Of a stretch of 64,000 nucleotides of DNA, positions 10,501 to 21,028 are shown piece by piece. A program made the translations under genes and the position numbers. Every line of letters starts with the position of its first letter. Position 1 is the stretch's first letter. Under the pieces are notes generated by a model, which was not told the DNA's origin, searched no databases, and was given only the letters and a program-made list of their open reading frames with translations. Source of the DNA: Camelus ferus (lineage: Eukaryota); NCBI RefSeq assembly GCF_009834535.1, contig NC_045715.1, positions 29,016,001-29,080,000 on the forward strand, read 5' to 3'.

Positions 10501-13500
10501 TCGATAGGACAAGGGCCAAGACTGGACTTGGGGCAGTGGATTTTGGAGCCAAGTTTCCTTCACTCAGTGAACTCCATTTGGTGGTCTGGTGCTAACTCCT
10601 TCTCTGCTCCAAGCATTGACTCGACCCAGTCTAGGAGAGGCATCCACTTGGGTCTGTTTTGCTGGGAGCCAGCTCCCGTCAAAGACTCGGATGCACTCAG
10701 TAGGCTGTGCTGTGTATCCCTCCCATAGTGTGTAAATATGTTGCTGTGGAGCTGAAGTCAGCCTTTGAGGAAACCGGCAAGACCAAGGAGGTGATTGACA
10801 CGGGCTACGGCATCCTGGACCGCAAGGCCTCCGGAGTCAAATACACCAAGTCGTAAGCGAACAGGGGACCCACTGGCCTGGCCTGCTTTGTTCCTTGGGG
10901 TTTCAGTGGCTTGAAGTTTCCTTCTCCCTTCCCATGGGAAGGCAGTTCTAACTGAGACCTGAGTTTGCCCACTGGTTCTCCCCACAACTGACTGTGTGGG
11001 CTTCATAAATCCCTGCACTCTTCTGGGCTTCAGATTCCTCATCTGTAAAAGCAAGACTGTTGGACCTTCTCAGTGATCCCTAGACTCTTGGATTTCATGG
11101 ACCAATGTTTAAAAATATAGGATTGCCTAAAACTTTTAATTTTGTCAGATATAAATATTAAAAACAAACCAAAAAACACTTCCATCAACTATGATCATCC
11201 TTTCAAAATGAAATGATAGCTTAACATCAAATTTTAACACATTTTGCTTTATTAAAAAAAAAACTACTGAATCATTTAGCTTTATTAAAAAAAATTCCTT
11301 CCCATAGAGCTGTTAAAATTGTCTCTCTGGTCTGTGTTCCAGCATTTCAGAGCCCCCAGACCAGATGACCTATCTTCCTTCCAGCCCTGACTTCCCGTTG
11401 GTGAGATGCGCAGGCGCTGGGGTAGCAGGGCTGGAGGGACGGACCACTAACTCACTGGGGCGAGGAGGGGACTCAGGCCCTCTTGTGCTGCTGTCTCGGC
11501 AGGGACTTACGGTTAATCGAAGTCACTGAGACCATCTGCAAGCGGCTCCTGGACTACAGCCTGCACAAGGAGAGGACTGGCAGCAACCGGTTTGCCAAGG
11601 TTGGGTTTGTGCCTGCCCTTCATCCCCCCTGGGGCCAGGCTGCTGGTCTGGGTGCCACTGGAGGATCGTGCCCTCGGAGCTGCCCTCCTCGGCCTCTCCT
11701 CGATCTTCATCCATTGCTGTTTGCACCCCTGCCCTCCTGAGTGGCTGACTTTCCAGTGTCAGTGAGCACATTCCTGATGGCCTGGGCCTGCCCATCGGGT
11801 CCTGCCTCAGCCTCAGGCAGAGATGCTCCCGGGTGGGAGTCCCCGTGGGGACCTAAGCACTTGCACAGGGAGAACTCAGGATATACAGAGTTGTAGGGGT
11901 TTAGAGGAGATGTCAGGAGACTCTTGGGAGGTGGGTAGTGACTACCCGGTCATTCCTTTGGGCCCACAGGGCCCCTCCCTGGACCTCCATCATGGTGCCT
12001 TTATGACATTTAATGCACTTACTGTGTTCACGAATGCTTCTCTCCCTGGAAAAGGAGCTTTCTTGCAACAAGACTCATATTTCTTTGTCTCCGCATCTTC
12101 CGTGCCTGGTAAGAGAGCCGTCTCCCACGTTTCTCTGCCTAAGTACCCTTCTAGCAAAGGAGCTCCATCAGAAACCTCTGGGACACCCAGAGGAATAGTC
12201 TCAAGCCACAAAAGTCTTGGGTTTTCTTAATTTTATACTAATGTTGTACTCAGTAATAAATCTATGTTTACTTTCATGTAAAAATGTTCAAAGTTATTTT
12301 CCATAGCAAAAAATAAAAAATAAAATAAAATAAAATAAAATAAAATAAAATAAAATAAAATAAAATAAAATAAAACAAAACCGAACCAACCTAACCATTC
12401 ACCAGTAGGGGAGTGGTTAAATAAATTAATATGGCCATTCAGTGGACTATTATACAACTGTGAAGCCAAGAACAAGGTAGCTATTTGTGAATGGAACTAA
12501 AACCATCTCCAAAATATATTATTAAGCCATTTAAAAGTCAAGGTGCAGAATAATCTGTATAATTTATACTGCTGCTTTGCAAAAAGCGGGGGTGGAGGCG
12601 AGGAGGATATATTTGTGTGTGCGTGCATGCATTATCTCCAGAAAGACAGAGGAAATAGACTGTATGTTGTCTCTGGGGAGGAGACCTAGGGAGCTGGCAG
12701 AAGTATTTTTACAGAACCAAGAGTCCTGCCTGCCTTGCCTGTGCCATCTTCCTACCAAGGAAAGACACAAGCCGGGGGAAGAACCTGAAGCAGGGGTGGG
12801 TGTGGGGGAGTGAGTGTGCCCACCACAGGGAGGGGAGAGAGCAGGACACACTAATTTCCTGGAAAAGGAGTTTGGTTCAAAGGGCCTGAGGGTGACAACA
12901 GAGCTTTTTGAAAGGACAGTACGTGTGTAGAGGGATTATGGGACTCTGGCCTAAAAGAGGGGAGAGGAGATCAAGTGTGAGAAGCCATCAGGGGTCTTGA
13001 TCTTGACTTCGAGCTAGGTCCTTGGGCCTCCAGCAGCACCGGGAGAGGAAAGGTGCCTCTCTCCAGCCTCTCATGTCCGGTCCCCTCTTCCAGGGCATGT
13101 CAGAGACCTTTGAAACGCTACACAACCTGGTGCACAAAGGGGTCAAGGTGGTGATGGACATCCCTTACGAGCTGTGGAACGAGACCTCGGCGGAGGTGGC
13201 CGACCTCAAGAAGCAGGTATGGGCCCCTCTGCCCTTGGAGGCGGTTGTGCCCCACAGGACTGGGTAGGGGGATGGGTCTGAGGCCGCAGAAGGCTATCAG
13301 GAGCCAGGGGACCATGTCAAGTCATTTCATCTCCTCTGGCTTCAGCCTCCTCAGGGGAATCACAGCCACCCCACTGTCCGGCAGTGGGTTGTGAGGCTCG
13401 GCCGGGCTCCCCCGGGAGAAGTCAGTGCCAGGGCTTTGCCAGCGTGAGGTGTTGTGATTCACAGTGTGACGTACTGGTGGAGGAGTTCGAGGAGGTGATC

Positions 13501-14033
13501 GAGGACTGGTACAGGAACCATCAGGAGGAGGACCTGACACAGTTTCTCTGTGCCAACCACGTGCTGAAGGGCAAGGACACCAGTGAGTCTGAGGGCCGTC
13601 AGCCTTGGGTTGTATGATCGTATTGTCTGCTCCCCCTCGGGGGAGGTGGGTAGGGAGAGGACGGAAAAGAAATAAGAAATGGGCATCGTAGCATCTCTGT
13701 CCTCAGGGAGCTTGATGGGACAGTTGGGAAAGGCCCAGACATCCCCAGTGGCTCTGCCGTCAGTGCTCCTCACCCAGCAGACCAGCTTGTTGAGGGTGTC
13801 TGTCCTCTCACTCAGGCTGCCTGGCAGAGCAATGGTCTGGCAAGAAGGGGGACACAGCCGCCTTGGGCGGGAAGAAGTCCAAGAAGAAGAGCAGCAGGGC
13901 CAAGGCCTCTGGTGGCGACAGCAGCAAACAGAGGAAGGAGCTGGGTGGCCTCGAGGGAGACCCCAGCCCTGAGGAGGACGAGGGCATCCAGAAGGCATCC
14001 CCCCTCACACACAGCCCCCCTGATGAGCTCTGA
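7207..14033 (+). CDS. CNPY3: Canopy FGF signaling regulator 3 (PRAT4A), 282 aa; exons 7207-7375, 10729-10852, 11503-11599, 13094-13216, 13465-13582, 13816-14033
   Basis: Leu-rich signal peptide, [20 protein letters not shown] saposin-like start, Lys-rich tail and C-terminal PDEL ER-retention motif; spliced length 849 nt, frame intact. Confidence 0.98.
7895..7996 (+). mobile_element. L2 3' end
   Basis: ccttgagggcagggacctt..taggcacccaatgaatat..atgaataaa. Confidence 0.6.
9835..9985 (+). mobile_element. L2 3' end
   Basis: ggagggaccttgttttcatctctgtatcccc..gtgcctgacacataggagttgcttaataa. Confidence 0.6.
10090..10500 (+). mobile_element. Old L1M 3' fragment
   Basis: gacatttgggggacaactgg..gtgaagatcatgatgtccgcaacttactttcaaaatggtt..attcattgtact. 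Confidence 0.65.
10729..10852 (+). CDS. CNPY3: CNPY3 exon 2
   Basis: [42 protein letters not shown]. Confidence 0.97.
10945..11055 (+). mobile_element. MIR SINE
   Basis: gactgtgtgggc..cttcagattcctcatctgtaaaa core. Confidence 0.65.
11503..11599 (+). CDS. CNPY3: CNPY3 exon 3
   Basis: [32 protein letters not shown]. Confidence 0.97.
12240..12625 (+). mobile_element. Old L1M fragment with an internal (TAAAA)n expansion
   Basis: cagtaggggagtggttaaataaatt..aaaagtcaaggtgcagaataat. Confidence 0.65.
12321..12375. repeat. (TAAAA)11 microsatellite
   Basis: 11 perfect units. Confidence 0.9.
13094..13216 (+). CDS. CNPY3: CNPY3 exon 4
   Basis: [41 protein letters not shown]. Confidence 0.97.
13465..13582 (+). 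CDS. CNPY3: CNPY3 exon 5
   Basis: [39 protein letters not shown]. Confidence 0.97.
13816..14033 (+). CDS. CNPY3: CNPY3 exon 6
   Basis: [13 protein letters not shown]...HSPPDEL-TGA. Confidence 0.97.
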
Positions 14034-15109
14034 GCTGAACCCAGCGGCTCCTGCTGACCAAGACCGCTGACCTGGAAGCAGAAGGGTCTGGGCTATGGCT
14101 CTGGCCTCAGGCCTCCCTGCCTCGGCTGTGCCTCTTCCTGCTGCAGACAGACTCCAGCCCTGGAAGAACTCAGATCAGCTGCAGCTGGCCCGGGCTGTCC
14201 TCTTCCCTCTGCCCACGGAGCGCCCCTCTCCTGACACAGGCTTCAGACAGGACTGCCGAGGACTCAGCATGGACTCGGGTGGGCAGGGTTCGGAGCTGGA
14301 CCCCAGGACTGCAGCTTGGAGCCTGTCACCCCCTCACTCCTCCCGGCACCAGGAAGCGAGACGGAGACCCCCAGCTCCTCCTCTGCCCACCCTCTTGTGG
14401 ACAATTTGTGCTCTGCCCGGCCCTCCCCAGGGCTCACAGAGTAAAAACCATTTGGCCTTTTTCGTCCCAATTTCTGAGTCCCCTTCAGCCCCTCAGAGGG
14501 GCCCGGAGCCCATTATGGCTCTTCCTGCTCCTCACCTTCCAGCCGTGGGGGATGAGGTTGAGAGGCTGTTCCCATCCTCTCATTACTGAGGCCTAACCGG
14601 CTGACTGGGGAACAGCAGGTGTATGGAGGGCGGCGGGGTGTGGGGTGAGGCTGGGCACAGTGCTTGGGCCTGGGACCTGCCCCTCAGCTGCACTTGGCCT
14701 ACTTGAACCCCCCAGGCTGGGAGGGGCCTCACTCGTGCCCTGGCACCTGGCTGCCCTCATTCCTTCCCTGCATCCCACCTCTCCTCTCTCCCCCAAGGTC
14801 TTCCCGTTTGTTGTGTAAAGTGTACACGAGTGACCACACCGGCTCCCGCCCCTGCCCTCCACCTCTGTCTGGCCCTGCCTGTTGGTCTTGAACCTTGTTC
14901 CCTGATGACTACACCTGATCACTCTGCACTTCCTAACTGTTGTGCCTGGAGCCTAGAGGGGAGGACAGCCCAGTCCCCCAACAACAGCTGGTTACACCAT
15001 ATTCTCTAGGAGCAGGGGAGGAACGGGAAGGCTGGCCTCTGGGGAGAAGGGGTGGGAAGCTCAGGCACCTCCCCAGTTTGTCCTGAGGGCAGAGATCAGT
15101 GGCGTCAGT

Positions 15110-15275
15110 AGCAATGGTGATGATGCTAGTGCTTTAACCCTAACAGTGCACTTGGGTGGTAGCTGTTAGCCCCATTTTGTAGAAGGAGAAACTGAGGCTC
15201 AAGTCAAGGGATACACCCGAAGCCCTCCTGTTGGTAGTGGTAGACCTGCCCTCAGACTCTGGCTTTGAGCGCCAG
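15110..15275 (-). mobile_element. MIR SINE
   Basis: cccattttgtagaaggagaaactgaggctca core. Confidence 0.65.
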
Positions 15276-16324
15276 TGCATTGTATCCACAGGATCCTGCA
15301 GCTGCAGGACCCCTTCCCCACTGACACCTGGCACTGACCACGTGGTTCATATTGAACTGGTTTGGATTCTTACCCTTAAAGCCCCCCCACTAACAAGTCT
15401 CTTCTAAAAGGAAAATAGGAAGCAGCTGTTGCTTCTTGGAAGGTGAGAATGGCGGAAGGGGCCGCCACGTCCCCAGGAGCACCCGCGCTGAGGCCAGCAG
15501 GTAGGACCAGCACTGCTGAGGGGTCCCAGACTCCAGCTTCCAGACAAGAGACTCTGGGGTCCCTTCAACCTGGGCTCAGTCCCTCTTTCCCTCCCCGAGG
15601 TGGGGACACCGAGGCCATAGAGAGTGGGGCAAACTGGGAAGCTGCTTCTCCTCTGGCCTATGAGGCTTAGAACAGGCCCTTGGAGGATGATCCTTTTTGG
15701 TCTGGCCCCCACCTCCCCATCTCCAGTGCTGATACCACCCGCTGTTGAAGGGGCCATGGGCAGAGATTCCAGTCCTGGACTTTGTTCTGAACACAGGAGA
15801 CAACTGGGGTCAGGCATTGGAACCCAGGGCTGTCTAGGGTTTGATGGCCAGTCTGACTCCCTTATCCTATCACTAACCCACAGCACTTCAGTGCCTGGCT
15901 TACTTCTGTCCCCAGAGTTTCACTGTCCTTAGAGTAGGATGAGGCAAGACCTATCCCCTTCCTGGGGTGTTGGCCCAGGGGCCAAATCCCAGGCCAAGGA
16001 CCAGCCCAGAGGGCGGGCAGCTCTGTGACTGTGTTGCTCTTTGACCTGTGGCTGCGTGATGAGCACCCTCTCCCGCCCCCCACAAGGCCAGACATATTGC
16101 ACACTCACTAGCTCCCCACCTACCCACCCCAGCAGGCAGCTTCTCTCTGGCCCAGTCTGGAAAAGAAAGAAGGCAGGATCTGGCTTCGCCACCACACACA
16201 GGCTTCTTTGAACTTGAATATTGCCTCCCACTTTCCCACATCCCTTCCCTCCATGAGGTGAGGGTACTGTCTGGGCTTGAGTGAACCTGACTTCAATCTC
16301 CTTATTAGAAACCTGATGAAAATA

Positions 16325-16460
16325 GGGTTTCCTGCCCTCACCTGGACGTGAGAGTCACTTGGATGCTTGTTAAACATGCTGATGTCTGGGCCCCCCTCAG
16401 ACTTCCTGGGTGGGAGATCTAGGAGTCCGTGTGGGTCTTAAGATGAGGCCAGGTGGAACC
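16325..16460. mobile_element. MER5A-like hAT relic
   Basis: gagtcacttggatgcttgttaaacatgctgatgtctgggccccc. Confidence 0.55.
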
Positions 16461-18256
16461 CACTTCACCAGGAAGAATTTGGGTCTTGTGTTCACAGGGG
16501 CCAAGGCCTAATGAAGCCACATCTGGTCCTCAGAGACACGAATTGTCAGAACCTCAGAGAGGATCTCTCTCCCTGTTGGAGACATGCATCACCCAGAACC
16601 ACAAAGGTCGATGGGCAAACCTCGAGGTCAGTTTGTCAGTTTGTTCCAGTTCAGTGATAAGTCTCAGGTGCCGGGGCTCTGTAGTCTCAGAAGTGGCTGC
16701 ATTGGGACCTCTCTGTATTTGTTTTAAGAGATAGCCCCTAGGAGTCTGGCTCCTCCCTTTATTTCCAAGTTCCTGGGCGGTATTAATGTGCAGCATCTTT
16801 TTGCAAGTTAGAAAGTGGTGCTCTTCACACCTTTGACTCCCATCTGTCAGAAAGTTACTTTAATAAAAGTTTTGTTAGAGTAAGACACCTGACTGCCAGA
16901 ATTCCTGCCAGAAAATGATAACAAATATACAAGCTCATGAGTTTTGCAATTTGCATTGAAGCCCCTTAAATATGGAGAATTTGTGCAGTGCACAACCTGT
17001 CCACATGTTCACAGCTGCCTTAAATCACTTTAGGTCACAAGTACGAACAAAATTCCTCTCATTTTTTGATCTTGAAAGAAAAGCACATGTTTTCGTGACA
17101 GATGCATGGTCCACACCTAACTGGTTTATGGAAGGACTCTGTACTAATCCTAGCAGCAGAGACAGCTGAATCCCTCTTGAACATCCCCTGATGCCCTAGT
17201 TTGCGCTATAAGGAGTTTAATAATAATAATAGTAGTCACTTTTTTGAGTGTGTGTTACTATGTGGCAAGCACAGCTCTACATGGTTTTACATAGTTTACT
17301 CACTTAATATTTAATGATCTTCACAAGGCCATGGATTCAAAGTAAAATACAGGAAAGTCCACATAGGTGTACAGCTCAGTTAATTTTTACAATCTGAACA
17401 CCGAAGTCACCAGCACACACATGATACATTGTTACCATCACCCAGAATCCCCCACTCCCTACACACACGCTCTACAAAAAGAACGGGGATTTTTGTCTGT
17501 TTTGTTCACTGCAGTATCCCCAGCACTCAGAGTTGCCACTTAATAACTATCTGTTGAATGAACAGAGCACAGAAAGGTTAAATAACTTACCCAAGGTCAC
17601 ACATTTAGGAAGTGGCCCAACCAGGTTGCGAGTCCCAGTGGAATGGCTTCAGTGCCCTGGGGCATAACCCCAATGCTGTAGAACCCTGCAGCCACAGCCA
17701 GTTGGCTCAGACCATCTTTCCTCCACGTGGCTCTCTTCTAGAAGGCACGCTAATCTATTTATGTCTTCAGAGTTCCATGTTGGACGTGCAGTTGGGAGCG
17801 AGTTAACCTTCAAGTCTTTCTCCCTTTTCACTTTACAGTTGTGGATAGTTTAAAAGCAGCTGACCCTGACACTGCCCTCTAGGGCTGGCTTCTCTTCACA
17901 ATTTCTTTAAGAGGAATCCAGTTTTCTTCATTCTTTCTTTAAAAGTGTACCGTCCACTTATTAAGGTTGTACTGGCCAACAGAACTTAAACTCTCACCAA
18001 GATGATTGTGATTCTCTACAGGGAGGTGTTGCACATTGACAGGGAGAAGTGGGCTGACCCCATCACCAGCTCCAGGGTGGCGACATCTATCCTCATCACT
18101 TCTCTAAAATAGAAAAGGTTCTCAATCCAAAAAAAACAAGACACTCAAAAAGCCAGATGTTATTTTGTTAGGAATTATACTCACCAAAGTGGTCTTGCTA
18201 TTTTATTCTTCATCTCATCAAGATGTGAAGCCATCTGCTAAATCACCTGTTTCAAT

Positions 18257-18338
18257 GAGTGGTCCTGGCTTCCATTCCCAGCACCTCCATAAAAAGAAAG
18301 AAACCTAATTACCGACCCTGCCGCAAGAAAAAAAAAAA
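18257..18338 (+). mobile_element. 5'-truncated camelid-type SINE
   Basis: ggtcctggcttccattcccagcacctcc..aaacctaattacc..A-run matches the 3' half of the other copies. Confidence 0.7.
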
Positions 18339-20775
18339 TCAACAAAGTATGAAATGGTCAAAGAGAACCTCTTTTCCACACATTGGTGGACTTCTCATAG
18401 ATGCACTAAGCTTAATGGTAATGTCGCCACCACTAATTTGTGTTACAACCACCAATTTAGGAACCACTTTTACACTCACTTGATGGGACTTTATTAAAGC
18501 AGATTAAGTCTTTCACGGTATATTGAGAGGCCAAAAAAGGATCCATTGTGATAAATCTGCTAGCAGAGTCCATGCTGGTGGGCGGCTTCCCACCCCACCC
18601 ACAGCGTCCCAGTGTTCAACAGCAGAGAAGAGTTTTTCCTAAGGGCTTGGACTAGAGTTTGGAAATGGGCATACCTCCTCTGAACAATGAATTTCTACCT
18701 GTTCTGAATTAAAACAAAAACAGCCAGGATGTCTGCCGTTTGTAGTCACTATACATATACATAATTCACAATTTTAAGATTTTAATGTGTCCTCAAACAG
18801 GAATAGCCTTGGAGTTTGTCAGGTTGCAGCCGTATTTCCAACCTAGAATCTTTTTTGCAAATATACATTTGGGGATGCAGAATTTAGTCTTTTCGGCCAA
18901 TTACAAATAATAAGCATTGCATATTAAAAATACCACCAATCCTTGTTTTCAGCTAAGTGAAAGTATAAATTGATATGTATTCTGTGACCTTCCCTTCCAT
19001 GGCCCAGGACCTCAGATTTGGGTTGTCTAAAATTCACAGGGACTAATCAAGTAAAACAAAAGGCAGTTTTGATATATTTCAGTGGACAAAGAATGTGGAC
19101 AATTTAGAGATGAAGGACTGCAATTACTTGGTACATTTTGGTAGTAATTAAAGAAGATTACAACAATTAGATACAATTTTCTACCCATTGAAATATCAAT
19201 GAATAATATCTTCATATAGAGAAGAGTTGAAACAAACATTTGTTTTGGGTGACAGCATCAATTAACAGAAAAATTCCATTTGGAGAATGATTTCATCATA
19301 ATTATCCACATGTTCACTCTCTTGAAAAATCGTGGGAGCATTTTAAATGTTCAGAGCTTGGGGAATGATTAAACAAGTCGCAGCACATCCACTCAGTGTA
19401 GCCAAAAAATGGTTTACGCCAAGTAATTTATGACCAAGAGAAGAAAACATGGTTTTGAGAGTTAAAAGTGGAAAAAGAAAGAAAAAGTTGTCTGAAATTG
19501 CATGTGTACTGTGATCTCAACTTTTAAAAAATGCTTCTGGATGAGAAAGAAATCAAATAATTATTAACTTCAGAACAAAAATCTTGTCTTTGAAATGGAA
19601 AGTGCATTTAGAAGCTATTCACAACTTATATGAGTTTTTAAAAATCCAAATTTGCCATCAGCATTCATATTATTTTAAAAAATCATATTATAAACTCCCC
19701 AGTATAGTGTCTTTCTAAGCCTGTTGCCAAAGACCTGTCTGTGGGGTCAGTGTGAGCACGAGACTCCATTACTTGGACATGGCCCATTCAAGACTGTCTC
19801 TGTGCCAAAAATAGAAAGGTGAGAATGATTATATATCTTTGGGATTCCTCCAGCTCCAGGATTCTATAGGTCGTAAAAGGATGAGGGGAGGGGAGGTTTC
19901 TTTGTTCCAGACTCCATAACTGGCCCTTTCTGAAGCCAGAAGAACAAAGACAGGTGAGGAAGGCTGTTCTTGCTGTCTGGGGCTTCCCTGGGTGGCAGCA
20001 TCTTCCTGAATCCACTTCAGTCCAGGGTCTTGTCCCAGGAAGAGACCTTATGCTTTGAGGAGGAAGGGTAGATGTATACTAACCAAATGAAATGACCAAT
20101 TTATAAAGCAACAATGAGCAATATAATAGCAAGAGCACCAAGCACTCCCACCCCAACCCTGGACTTCCTACGCTGTGGCCACCTCCGTGGAAAGCAGTGG
20201 GTCTTTAGAAGGGCGCTTGGTTGGAGAGGAGTTGGAACCAGACTCCATCTCAGGTGGCTCACAGAAAACCTGAAGCATCACCTCCACGACAGAAGAGCAC
20301 TTGACCCCCGGGGAGAGGGATGATCCCTTGGGAACTGCTCCTGGACTTGGAAAACCAGGCCAGCATTTTCCCCAGACACTCCTCATTCTTCCCTTCCCTG
20401 GCTGGCTAGGCTCTCCTTCAGCTGGACTTTTTTCCACTGTGGACGTTTCAGCCATGGGCGCTCATCTCTGTGGACTGTGAAGTTTCTTTCCAGCTTGGGA
20501 CAGGGGATGGAGCGGGCCATCTCACAGCTCCTTCTTCTCCTGGCCCCTCCCGTGTCCTCCTGCGCATGGGTTAAGTAGATAGGGGCCTGGGAGGGTCCTT
20601 TCCCGCCATAGGATCGTCCAGAGGTCGGATCTTAAGGAAGGCGAGAAGGACTCGTCCAGGATTGCCAAGCAGCGCCCTCCCCGCGGCCCTGGGCCCAGAG
20701 CCCAGCAGGGGCGTGCCCCCGCGCTCACCTGCCATTGGGCAGGTGGGGCCGCCGGCGCTCCGCCAGGGGCCGTGT

Positions 20776-20781
20776 TATAAA
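20776..20781 (+). promoter_or_regulatory. GNMT TATA box
   Basis: TATAAA ending 42 nt upstream of the ATG, within a CpG island. Confidence 0.75.
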
Positions 20782-20822
20782 TGCCGAGCGGGCGGCGGCG
20801 GCGGAACAAGGCTCGTCGCAGG

Positions 20823-21028
20823 ATGGTGGACAGCGTGTACCGGACCCGCTCCCTGGGGGTGGCGGCTGAAGGGCTCCCGGACCAGTATGCGGACGGAGAG
20901 GCAGCACGCGTGTGGCAGCTCTACATCGGGGACACTCGCAGCCGCACTGCCGAGTACAAGGCCTGGCTGCTCGGGCTGCTGCGCCAGCACGGCTGTCAGC
21001 GGGTGCTCGACGTAGCCTGCGGCACCGG
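20823..21028 (+). CDS. GNMT: GNMT exon 1
   Basis: 206 nt; gtgagt donor. Confidence 0.97.

Noticed and set aside
11757-11832. Possible 76-nt cassette exon in CNPY3 intron 3 (ttccag acceptor, gtggga donor)
   Set aside because: Weak donor, frameshifting, and no independent support; needs RNA-seq.
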